64,000 bases of DNA from Phoronis australis (Eukaryota; Animalia; Phoronida): the NCBI GenBank assembly GCA_002633005.1, contig NMRA01000205.1, forward strand, positions 1 through 64,000, written 5' to 3'. Made by a program: the position numbers and the translations under genes. Below, piece after piece: positions 38,475 through 49,800 of the stretch. Under the pieces are notes generated by a model. The model searched no databases. It was not told where the DNA came from and saw only the letters and a program-made list of their open reading frames with translations. Numbering within the stretch: the first letter of the stretch is position 1; each line of letters starts with the position of its first letter.

Positions 38475-39458
38475 NNNNNNNNNNNNNNNNNNNNNNNNNN
38501 NNNNNNNNNNNNNNNNNNNNNNNNNNNNNNNNNNNNNNNNNNNNNNNNNNNNNNNNNNNNNNNNNNNNNNNNNNNNNNNNNNNNNNNNNNNNNNNNNNNN
38601 NNNNNNNNNNNNNNNNNNNNNNNNNNNNNNNNNNNNNNNNNNNNNNNNNNNNNNNNNNNNNNNNNNNNNNNNNNNNNNNNNNNNNNNNNNNNNNNNNNNN
38701 NNNNNNNNNNNNNNNNNNNNNNNNNNNNNNNNNNNNNNNNNNNNNNNNNNNNNNNNNNNNNNNNNNNNNNNNNNNNNNNNNNNNNNNNNNNNNNNNNNNN
38801 NNNNNNNNNNNNNNNNNNNNNNNNNNNNNNNNNNNNNNNNNNNNNNNNNNNNNNNNNNNNNNNNNNNNNNNNNNNNNNNNNNNNNNNNNNNNNNNNNNNN
38901 NNNNNNNNNNNNNNNNNNNNNNNNNNNNNNNNNNNNNNNNNNNNNNNNNNNNNNNNNNNNNNNNNNNNNNNNNNNNNNNNNNNNNNNNNNNNNNNNNNNN
39001 NNNNNNNNNNNNNNNNNNNNNNNNNNNNNNNNNNNNNNNNNNNNNNNNNNNNNNNNNNNNNNNNNNNNNNNNNNNNNNNNNNNNNNNNNNNNNNNNNNNN
39101 NNNNNNNNNNNNNNNNNNNNNNNNNNNNNNNNNNNNNNNNNNNNNNNNNNNNNNNNNNNNNNNNNNNNNNNNNNNNNNNNNNNNNNNNNNNNNNNNNNNN
39201 NNNNNNNNNNNNNNNNNNNNNNNNNNNNNNNNNNNNNNNNNNNNNNNNNNNNNNNNNNNNNNNNNNNNNNNNNNNNNNNNNNNNNNNNNNNNNNNNNNNN
39301 NNNNNNNNNNNNNNNNNNNNNNNNNNNNNNNNNNNNNNNNNNNNNNNNNNNNNNNNNNNNNNNNNNNNNNNNNNNNNNNNNNNNNNNNNNNNNNNNNNNN
39401 NNNNNNNNNNNNNNNNNNNNNNNNNNNNNNNNNNNNNNNNNNNNNNNNNNNNNNNNNN
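38475..39458. other. Assembly gap (N run)
   Basis: Run of N characters. Confidence 1.
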
Positions 39459-39499
39459 ACCCCCCCCCCCGCCACCACACCCTATAGCTGCATGTACAT

Positions 39500-41783
39500 T
39501 TTCCCTTATAAAATCGGTCTCTTGATAGTCCTTACCCTTATAGGATTCTATCTGTGTTACTAGAATGAAGATCGAGACCAGTCCGAAACTCAAAAAAGCA
39601 CTTTAGTTCTCAATAGAGCTACCCAACCCTAAAATTGCGACTTCAAAAATGGCCCGTGACATGAGTTGGTAACGAAAATGGAATGCACATCACGCTTGGG
39701 CTGAGGAATATCATGAGATTGACTTGATGAGGGTAAAAACATTGATTCGTTTTTAGTTTTTAGCCAGTTAAAGTAGAATTTCACCCGATTTAATTAGTCT
39801 TTTTTACCGTCTTAATCGGTATATATCCACATCACCTCGTATACGGTCGATCTTACCTCGCCGAGACTGAGGTGTTGCGTTGTCCTATGAGGAAGGTGAT
39901 AAACGACGCAGCAACGTCAATGGTTCTTCTGCAGAGTAAGTGCCGCTATGGTGTGGTGTATCGTTCCCGTTTGTGCAAACTATGAAGTAGCAAGGAAAGC
40001 GGGTATATCGTTTTTTCGATTTCCTTGAGAACGTATAATGCTTCGGAAGTGGCTCGCGAATGAAGTGAAGAATGAAAAGTATTTTTCATTCTTCACTTGG
40101 TATTAAAATACCAAGTATGAGGCCGTGAAAAATCTCCGTGTCTGTCATTGGCCGGCATTTCGTCGACAGTGATTTCACTTACCATCGAATGCTGGCTTAC
40201 CAAACAGCTCATTCCGGGGCAGAAAAAGAGACTGAGGCTGAAGTCAGACGTTGTGCCTAGTGTGTTTCTGTTCGGCAGGCAGGAGACAAAGAATCGCTGA
40301 TCGCCGGGTTGTTGATCAGTTTCTGGTTATGGAGAATTGTAGTTGGCCATAAAAATATAAAAAATTACAATTATTTCAAGGCGTGAGAACATAACTTTTT
40401 ATATAACCTGTTTGATGTCAGGCTTCTGTTTGGTCCCCTGGGTGTAGGATGTTTTTCCCAGATCTTTTTCTCAACCCTAAAAACGTCGTAAGCACACCTC
40501 TGTTTAGATGCGGTGCCAAATTAGGATGGTCCGTGAAACACATCTGCACTTCTCCAAGAAGGCGTTTCACCTGCGGAACTTTTTGGCAGCAGACGCAAGC
40601 GTCAGTCGTTTCCATTATAGTGCAGTTAGATCACTAACACCATGACAAGTCATCAAAACGGTTTTCGAAACTATCCATGTGTTTCATTGTCTGTGCACGC
40701 TCACAGACTGAGCCTCTTTAGTATTTCATGATCAGTGTATTCCGGGTCGAACTGATAGCCTGTAAAACCTTACGATCGACCTATGAAGTCTTCGTCGGAT
40801 GAGCACTCGTCTAATTCGGGAGTGCGAGTTGCCACCTTGACGTTTATTATTGTGCGTTGTGTTTCAAAATGAATTGTTCACACCCTAACCAATGCTTATA
40901 TAAAACTGAAACAAAATATGTCTCATTAGATACACTTTGTAATGCCTTGAAGTGCTCGTGAGTGCAAATGTTTTGAGAAGCCAACAATGAATAAATCACT
41001 GCGTTATCGGCTTTAGATGTAATATAGCTAACTGACCGGGCACCGAGGCCGTGTGAGCGCATACTAATTCATTGTTTGCGGACAAAAAGCTGTTGTGAAA
41101 CAGTAATTCGATTTTATATCCTATGGTCAGATGTTAGGAGAATCTTTATTTAGATATTCATATGAATTATTTGAATCACTGTTACTTAAATGTTTGCCCA
41201 GACGGTTCTGTGGAAGGGGAACCTGAAGGGTAACCTGGTTCATGGTCGTGATGTCTTCAGTCCAGCTGCGATGGGCCGGGATAGCAAGTGTTTTGTGAGT
41301 TTACAACTGAAAATGAATCGCAAGTCTAAAATTGCAACACACAGATATGTTCTCCTGTCTGTATCTCGCGAACGAATAATTCGAACTTATCAACGAACAG
41401 ACTCCAAACTCACGCGATCGACCTTGGCAAATTGGCCTACCGAACTTCGTACGCTGCGGTACGTTCAAATACCTAAGAATCCGTAACAGCGAACTAAAAC
41501 AACATGTTTGTTCAATAATTTGACGTATTTGTAAGGGTTTTACATCGAATTTTGATGATTTATTCGTGTAAAACGATGAATTCAACCAATAAGCTTACGC
41601 CAGTAAGCGTGTTGTGAACTCAGTGCTGAACAGACTGCTTTCGAACCTCTGACGTCATTGGTTAATTTGAACACCTTTGTCTGCTGCCAGGTGTCAGGTA
41701 AAAGAGCTGTACTTGCTGTTATTGAGTGGAACTACTCGATCTAAATTGATGCAAAATATTTTGTTTTTGGGTGTCATTCTCCT
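39500..41783 (+). mobile_element. Kolobok remnant with THAP and P2X7-tail-like ORF fragments
   Basis: Right end GTCATTCTCCT followed by TTAA. THAP remnant on + (39948-40270: MVWCIVPVC...RHFVDSDF...RLKSDVVPSVF). Convergent - strand remnant (40418-40835: GYQFDPEYTD...SWC..SNCTIMETTDACVCC...CFTDHP..LNRGVL). The left end was not found. Confidence 0.7.
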
Positions 41784-42369
41784 TTAAACAGTGCGAAATG
41801 CAACTTCTAACTAAGTTTTCAGGTACAAAATTAGAAAAGATACTGTTTTGTAATTTTGGCAGCAATAATGTTTACGTTCGAAGATAAAAAAATTAAGTGA
41901 AATATACAAATATCCGTAACACAGCCCGACATAAATTAAGGTAAATAAGTGATATTGGTATACATTACTGCTTTTCTTATGGGAGACATATTGTATCTAC
42001 ATCTGTAAGTCATAAGTTCTGTACATTTATCCACGAGTAGCATCATCAAGCTGCAAACTAAGTGAAACCTCCAAGCAACAGAAAGTGCGTGCACTTCATT
42101 ATCGTAGTTATCACGCAGTAAAAATCGTTTTGGACGTGATTGTAATAAAGCATGGGTTTATTTTAGTTATTCACTGATGCCGTTAGACATATTAGATGCA
42201 GAGAGCCTGTACCAATAAAAAATTCACCGCACCAGTTAACCGTTTTTTATGCTGAACTACTAAGAACCACCCTTAAATATCCAATTCACCGACATTTATG
42301 AATGCATGGAAGCCAATTAACATAAAATCCGGCGAACAAGTACACACTGATATTCTCACATTGCCTATA

Positions 42370-42600
42370 CATGTACATATAAAACGTATATTCTGTATTT
42401 AAAGCTGCATGTACGTATAAAACGTATATTCTGTATTTAAAGATGCATGTACGTATAAAACGTATATTCTGTATTTAAAGATGCATGTACGTATAAAACG
42501 TATATTCTGTATTTAAAGATGCATGTACATATAAAACGTATATTCTGTATTTAAAGCTGCATGTACGTATAAAACGTATATTCTGTATTTAAAGATGCAT
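42370..42600. repeat. 38-bp minisatellite, about 6 copies
   Basis: Unit CATGTACGTATAAAACGTATATTCTGTATTTAAAGATG. Confidence 0.95.
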
Positions 42601-43675
42601 TTTCCCTGTTTACCTAAAACAAAAAGTAAACGACACGTACTCATTGCCTATGGCAATCGTCGGCTGACTGGGCCACGATTCAAGATTGGATGAGCTTTGT
42701 TTTGTTTTAGTAAACCGCAACGCACTGTGGTTAATAATTCAACATTGGCAGCTAATCAACAGCTTTAAGCGTAAAAAGTCTAAGGTTGGATTATTAGGAA
42801 CATTTTGATTTTTTTTCTAATTATCAAACGTAGCATGAAGAACATCAACACAACACTGAATATCCGTTCCCTTCCCTTCACAGCCGGCGTGTGCTGGTGC
42901 TCCAACAAAAATGAAATGAAATGAAAGTCGCTATAAGTCGTGATCTGGCGTCGAAAATGACTTTCTTCCTTGTTACATTTGCTGGCTCATAGCAATGGAA
43001 TAGTGCTCTTATATTTTGTTCGTCACAATAAAATTATCTTGACCGCGAACAATGTTACGGCGCGGTTGTCACTAACGGTCACGACAAGCGAACCTTAGGA
43101 CCCGGGTCTCATAAAATACCAAGCTTTCATTTTTCACAAGTCTAGAAATCGAGGAACACAATGAATTCCATTCTGTGACTGTAAGAGGCGTAAATTGTTT
43201 TATTTTAATTGTGTCTATTTGAAAAATCGTGCCACTTTGAAAAATAGCAACTGAGTAATAAGGTTTAACGAAAATTCATTGAAAGCAGTAATTCGAGAAT
43301 TTTTCGTATATTAGATAATGAATAATGAGATTGTACGGTGACATTTATTCGCGTTAACGGGGTATCTATCGGTTAACACATGTACTGCACAGCGAGTTAC
43401 TTGTGGCTTGAGTGACGTCATGACACTGCTGCAGGGTGACGTTCTTCAATTTGCACATCATTGCGTGCGCATGTACATGTATGCCGATATACGTTGTGTA
43501 TTAAAACTTGGCATAGGCGTTTTTTGATGATCGACAATGACTGGAAGTTGTACCGTTAGTGAATTAAAAACAAGTACATTGTAAAATGGCTGACGAAGAG
43601 GATGAAGGCGAAGAAGACGATGAAAGAAAATTATAAGGTTTGTTAAGCGCACCTTGCACTGGAGACTTTACTTTT

Positions 43676-43822
43676 CATGGGCGGCGTACATTAGAGGGCT
43701 GGGAGGCTATTGATCCCCACTTTTTCAGTGCTACTCTGCACGTGGTCTATAGGCGGTGCATCACATGGGGGCTGGGGGGGNNNNNNNNNNCCCTCACTTT
43801 TTTAAGTGCTGCGCCGCCCATG
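43676..43822. mobile_element. CATG-ended MITE with 5-bp TSD
   Basis: CATGGGCGGCG...CGCCGCCCATG, flanked by CTTTT on both sides. Confidence 0.8.
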
Positions 43823-44411
43823 CTTTTAGAGGCCCCTAACAGGTGAAAAAACTATTACTTGAACAAAAAGCTCATCATGACCGGGCCGTACGCCAGCTCT
43901 GTTCCCTTGACACCCTGAGTGCAGTCTAGTGACCGCTCAGTGCTGTAGTCTGCGGGTCTGCAGGCACGATGTCAAAACTAGCCACATTCGCGTTTAGCAG
44001 GTAGGCCTAACTGGCTGTCGCGACTGCAATGATTTGTTGGGTATTTCGTCAAGAGGCACCCTTGAAGGAACTGATCGTGAAAAGCTCACCCTATCTGAGA
44101 AACTAGATCCCTGAGCGTATAACTCTTCCATGTTAACGATTATCCCTGCATGGAGCTAAAGCGTCAAAGGCGACAAAGCCAGTGGCTGCGGATGATAAAG
44201 CGGGAGAATTTCAACGCCAGTCCGGGTTAAGAAGCTAAAATAAATCTGTTAATTTAAACTAATCAAACAATGGAAGCGGCTGACGTGGGAGTTAATTGCA
44301 CTGTTTTCAATTTAATGAATCACCATCAATGTAATAATTGACTTTCTGTCCACCATTTTCGAGCTCTCATTGTCCTATATGGTGCCAATGTGAACAGTAC
44401 CTTATTGAAGG

Positions 44412-45491
44412 CAGTAGCGGATCTAGGATATCACAAGGGGTTTCCCAACATTTTGTCTGTAAACATTTGTTCAAAGCTCGGTTGTAGATGCGCATAGCAT
44501 CGAATGGGAGAATTTTTTTTTTGTTTTTTCCTCTAAAAATCAAGCATTTTCCTTGATTCCCGAAGTATTATCCAAGATAAAAAGGCAAAAAAAAAAAAAA
44601 AAAAAAAACGGAGAAAGTGTCAAACAGTAAAAATTGCGAGCGCCACAGACTCGAACTCACGACGTGGCGGATAGAGCGAGCGTGCATTACCAGTGCTCCA
44701 CCACGATTTAACTGCCAACTTTATTAAAATACTATGAGACCTAGCTGTTTATGGTCCACAGCGTTTACGCGCGAAACCTCCTTCTTTCGTAATCCTTATT
44801 ACATGTTTTAGTTTTGTGCTATAAGTTCGTAACAAATTTATTGTATTTAAAATAGTCTTCAATTGCACAAAAGACCAAATCCGCTTTTTGTGTTGGCAAT
44901 AATGACGCGATTGCTTTGGAGAGAGAATTAGGAGTTTCTGAGTGATTCACTAAGGCTTCGATTAAAATTGACATCTTACCAGCAGCTTCTGTTTGTTTAT
45001 CATCACTCAGATTCCATTTTCTTTATAAAATGAAGTAATTTTCTTCAATGCNCTTTCGTAATCCTTATTACATGTTTTAGTTTTGTGCTATAAGTTCGTA
45101 ACAAATTTATTGTATTTAAAATAGTCTTCAATTGCACAAAAGACCAAATCCGCTTTTTGTGTTGGCAATAATGACGCGATTGCTTTGGAGAGAGAATTAG
45201 GAGTTTCTGAGTGATTCACTAAGGCTTCGATTAAAATTGACATCTTACCAGCAGCTCCTGTTTGTTTATCATCACTCAGATTCCATTTTCTTTATAAAAT
45301 GAAGTAATTTTCTTCAATGCACAGTGGAGCAGACGACGTCGTCGTGCCCAACGCCACTGCCGGTCGCCTGGGGCTAACCCCCCCTCCCGACCTCCCCCTA
45401 GTCGGTGTTCTTCGCATATAAAATCGTGCTTTGAGCAAATGTTTACAGACAAAATGTTGGCCCCCCTTGTGATATCCTAGATCCGCCTCTG
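44412..45491 (-). mobile_element. hAT-like TIR element with an internal tRNA-like segment
   Basis: TIR CAGTAGCGGATCTAGGATATCACAAGGGG / CCCCTTGTGATATCCTAGATCCGCCTCTG. The tRNA-like A and B boxes lie on the - strand at 44640-44710. No clear TSD. Confidence 0.75.
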
Positions 45492-45904
45492 AGTATCCAA
45501 GGCACCCCACTGTGTCGAGCTGGTTAACCCAACAAAGAAACTATTGAAGTGCTTCAATGGAACTTTGATCACGTGGGTTCAAAGTTGTAGGTGGAATCAG
45601 TGCAGATGTATTTTCCTGGTGGCTCTGTCATCAATACAATGAGTAGAAAAAGGTCAGAACACTTTTTTCGCGAGGAAAAAGTTTCCTCACAGACTGAGTG
45701 ACGCCAAAACAAGTCAACGGAAGCAAAACTGAGGCTTGGAGGGACAGTGGGTCCAGACTGGCTAAACAGTTCCCGCAATAGAAAAATGCAACCATAGTTA
45801 AAGCATTTTTGGAAACTGAATGGAACCAGGGAAGTGTTGTGGTCGTTTGAGGAGATGAAATCACAGAAATAGTTTTATAAAGGTATTTTTGAGAGCGAAC
45901 GCAA

Positions 45905-46340
45905 AAAGTAATAGAAAACGCATTTACAATATGTTGCAACCATTCAGAGAATGTTTGGTTCACCACATGATTATTTGTAAAGAAGAGTGACTTATTCTAA
46001 CAAGTAAGTTTAAGCAAGGGCGTGGCTTGCTTAAACTTGGAATTGTACGGGTAGAAAACAATTGCGGCTGCATTCATCGGTGTTTCAAAACTAATAGAAA
46101 ACGCATTTACGTTTTATTGCAACCATGCATTCACAGAATATTTAGTTCACCACAAAATATTTTGTAAAGAAGAAATTAAATTGTTCCAAGTTTAAGCACT
46201 GAACGAAGGGCGTGGCTTGCTTAAACTTGGAACTGGGTACAACAAATCGGAATGCGCTCACTAGAAGTCTTCCGAAATTAATAGAAAATGTATTTAAAAT
46301 GTATTGAAACCAGTTTGTGAATGTTTAGTTCAGCACTTGA
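45905..46340. repeat. Diverged ~185-bp tandem repeat, 2-3 copies
   Basis: Recurrent TAATAGAAAACGCATTTAC, GTTCACCAC and AGGGCGTGGCTTGCTTAAACTTGGAA. Confidence 0.7.
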
Positions 46341-46687
46341 TCAAACATCAACCAGGCACTAATTAATTTCAAACGTCAAGCTTCATTTTTATATTGGAAT
46401 AGGCAACAACACAGAAAGTAATACTACTGAAATGGCCACCGTAGCCGTAGGTCTATAACCTTGAATGGCCGGTACATCTATAGGCCCGCTACTGAGGGAA
46501 CATGTAATCGCATTACAGTCCTAAATGATTTTTTATTCCAGTCTAGTCTCGGTACCATGTTACCACCCTCCCCAGATGGCGCTAACTACAAACAGTGATT
46601 TTTAGTGCCCTGAGGTTCGTAAGTTGAGCGGGAATTTTGACAACAGTTGATTTGTTTGACTTTTATGCTTATCAAACAGTGTTTGAG

Positions 46688-46803
46688 ATGTCAAGTATCT
46701 CAATAGCTGAAAGATTTCAACAATGGGCTTTGGGAGATATGAAATATGTTCCCCAGGGAAGGCACGTGCATGCCAGACTACCCTCTGTTCATGATATCGC
46801 GGA
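46688..46803 (+). CDS. HAUS5: HAUS5 exon 1
   Basis: MSSISIAERFQQWALGDMKYVPQGRHVHARLPSVHDIA, then a GTAAGT donor, phase 2. Confidence 0.8.
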
Positions 46804-49800
46804 GTAAGTTGAGCCTTCTTACCTCAACTCAAGCCTGGCTAATGGCGGGGCTTTGGCCGCTTTGGCCGAGGGAGTCACTTCATTAGGTTTACTACATGTT
46901 GAACTAACTCTTAAGCAATAAGAAAACTTATGTACAATCATCAAGTGTTGTTCTCGGTTTATCCTTGGTTTGTAGACGTGTTTCCAGTGAGTCTCTCCCT
47001 TTGCGTAGACAGCACCACCGTCTCAACTCGGACTGAACTGGGCCCCAGCCCAGGCCCAGTATGGCAATATACTATAATATAGTGCCACCGTCCCCACTAA
47101 GCAGTAGAGACGGTAGTAATTGGGGCCGTAGACATTATTGTATAATTTTCGTGGTTCAATGTATTGTTGGAAGTTACTCATCTGTGCGCAATCCTACATT
47201 TTTTCTGGGCATTTCGACAAACGTGTCAAATAGTTAGTTTCACGTTTACGAAAGTGCCGCAGCTCCTGTATTAAGAAAAAAATTGGTAAAGAAAAATTGA
47301 AAGTGGTAAAGCTGTACAAAATCTGCTTGGTGCAGTAAACAAGACATTTTGCTATTCATGCCCAAACAACAAACAATTTTGAAAATGTGAGTTTCAAATA
47401 CAGTGATTTAACCCATATCTATAACCTGCTTCTGCATTGCTTAGTTTGGCAATAACTGCGGCTCGCCAATGCGAGTTCAGTTGTATTTGGCAGCCTGGGA
47501 AAACTCAATAGCTAGGTTGCTTTTAAATTACTAGTACCCATAAATCCACATTCCGTCTGAGAAGCAAACTTGGGATTTATAGCATTTCATTTAAAGCTAA
47601 AATTGGTTTCATCTTGTTCTTCACGTAGGTGAGAAGTGAATGTTCAGTTACAGACAATTTCCTTCTTCCAGACCTGTATGAACACCTTTCAAACACAACT
47701 GAGCATGTGTCGCATCCACAGATCTCTTATCTCTGCTGTCATATTCGGCCAGTAGATAGATTGTCTTGCCCGTCTCAGGCATCCATCTATTCCAAGATGT
47801 GAGGAGTGAATCTTTTCTTTAGTATACGCCTTTGGCTGGCTGGCACCACAACACGTTCACCTCTGAAAATTATACCATCATGTATAGCTAGCTCATCTCT
47901 GATAGAGAAATACGGTTGCGCCAGTGGTGATACTAGTGCCTTTGCGTCAGGCCAGCAATCTTGGATGACTGATTTCAAAGCAGTCAAACTTTGATCATAC
48001 TCTGTTGCTCTTCTGATTGCTTCCAGTCAGGAATCAGTTATTGCAACGAACTGTGTGGCATTCACACATTCAAACTCATTCTTGTTGTGCCCCTCTATCG
48101 TAGGCACATAGGCTCTAGATAAAGTATCTGCGAGATACATTTGCTTCCCTTGGCAGTATGTTACCACTAGATCATACTTTTGAAGTCGCTTCATCATGCC
48201 TTGAAGTCGTTTCGGTGCACAGGCAAGGCTTTTCTTCATGATGCTTTCAAGTGGTTTATGATCGCTAATCACATGGGTTGTTCTCCCAAATGTGTACTGA
48301 TGGAATTTCTCCACACTCCAGGTTACCGCGAGCATTTCTTTCTCTAGTTGGGCATAGCGCGTTTCTATGTCACGCAATGCTTTGCTCACAAGGGCTAGCG
48401 GCTGACCCTCTTGAAGCGGTGCCGCTCCAAGTCCAGTCTTACTAGCGTCGCACTGGATCGAAAGTTCTCTCGCCGGGTCATAAAATCTCAGTACAGGTGC
48501 CTCTGACACAAGTTTCTTCACTTGCGTGAGTGCACTTGCTTGTGCATCGGACCACGTTCACGGCACATTCTTGCGTGTCAACTGCCTAATAGGTTCCATC
48601 ACATCTGACAGTCTAGGTAGGATCTTAGCAAGGTAATTCACAAATCCATTCAGTCGTCTAATGCCTTCAATATCGTTAGGTCTTGGCATTTCTTGTACTG
48701 CTGTCACTTTCGCAGGGTCAGGCTTCAGACCATCTTGTGTGACCATGTGTCCAAGGAATGGTACTGACTTCTGTCATATTCGCATTTTAGCTCGGTTGAG
48801 ACATATTCCAACTTCTTTGCACCGCTGAAATAGTTTTTCAAGGTTGTTGTCATGGTCTTTAGTGGCTTCTTCGTCGTTGTTGCCGGATCCATAAATCATC
48901 AGGTCATCCGCAAGGCATACAACTCCTGGTAAGTCACCAACGCAGCTATACAGACGCTTTGCGAACAATTCTCTGCTGACATTTGTACCAAATGGAAGGC
49001 ATAACCATCTAAATATACCATACAGTGTACCGAACGTTGTCAGGTAAGAAGATTCCTCATCAAGCACCACATGCCAATAGCTGGATTTCTGGTCAACAGT
49101 CGAGATAATTCTTGCTTTCGTCAGCTCTGACAAAACATCATCAAGGGTAGGTAAGTAGAAGTGTTCTCTTTTCAGAGCCTTGTTCAAGGGTCGGGGATCT
49201 ATGCATATTCTGAGATCACCTGTTTTCTTTGTCGCTACCATGAGACTGCTTACCCAATCGGTTGGCTTATTCACGGGCGCTAGTACCTTCTGCTCGGTCA
49301 GCTTATCTAATTCCAGTTTCAATTTAGGCTTCAACATTGCTGGAAGGCGTCTGGCAGGCATAACAACTGGAGTTACGGCAGCATCAACTTCCAGGTGTAC
49401 CTCATTATGTAGTGTTCCAATATCATCATTGAAAATGTCTGCATATTTCTCAAGCAGATCGCCAGGGTTCTCATTGCTACACATATTTTCACTATTCACA
49501 GTGATCAGACCCATCTGCATGCGTCGGCTCCTAGAATGGACGTCAAATTCTCTGACATCACACAGAATTCGAAGTTGTAGCATCTACCATTGGCAGGATT
49601 CTCAATTTTGGCTGTACCCTCTCCTAATGGTTTGACTCCTTCTGAACCGTACCACCCGAAAAGCTTCTTCGTTGGGGGCTTTAGCCTCGTTTTAGGAACA
49701 TACTTAGCTGGGATTGCATTCACTGATGCACCACAATCTATTTGAAAGCGAATATTCTGTCCGTTCACTTTCATTGTCGCATAGATTAGCTTATCAGACT

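Noticed and set aside
38160-39593. Six long ORFs in the ORF track
   Set aside because: They are artefacts of translating through the N gap.
44785-45320. ~266-bp near-perfect tandem duplication
   Set aside because: The copies are joined by a single N, so this is most likely a contig-overlap assembly artefact.
49180-49635. 151-aa + strand ORF, and similar + ORFs at 55749-56727
   Set aside because: They are antisense shadows of retroelement pol ORFs.
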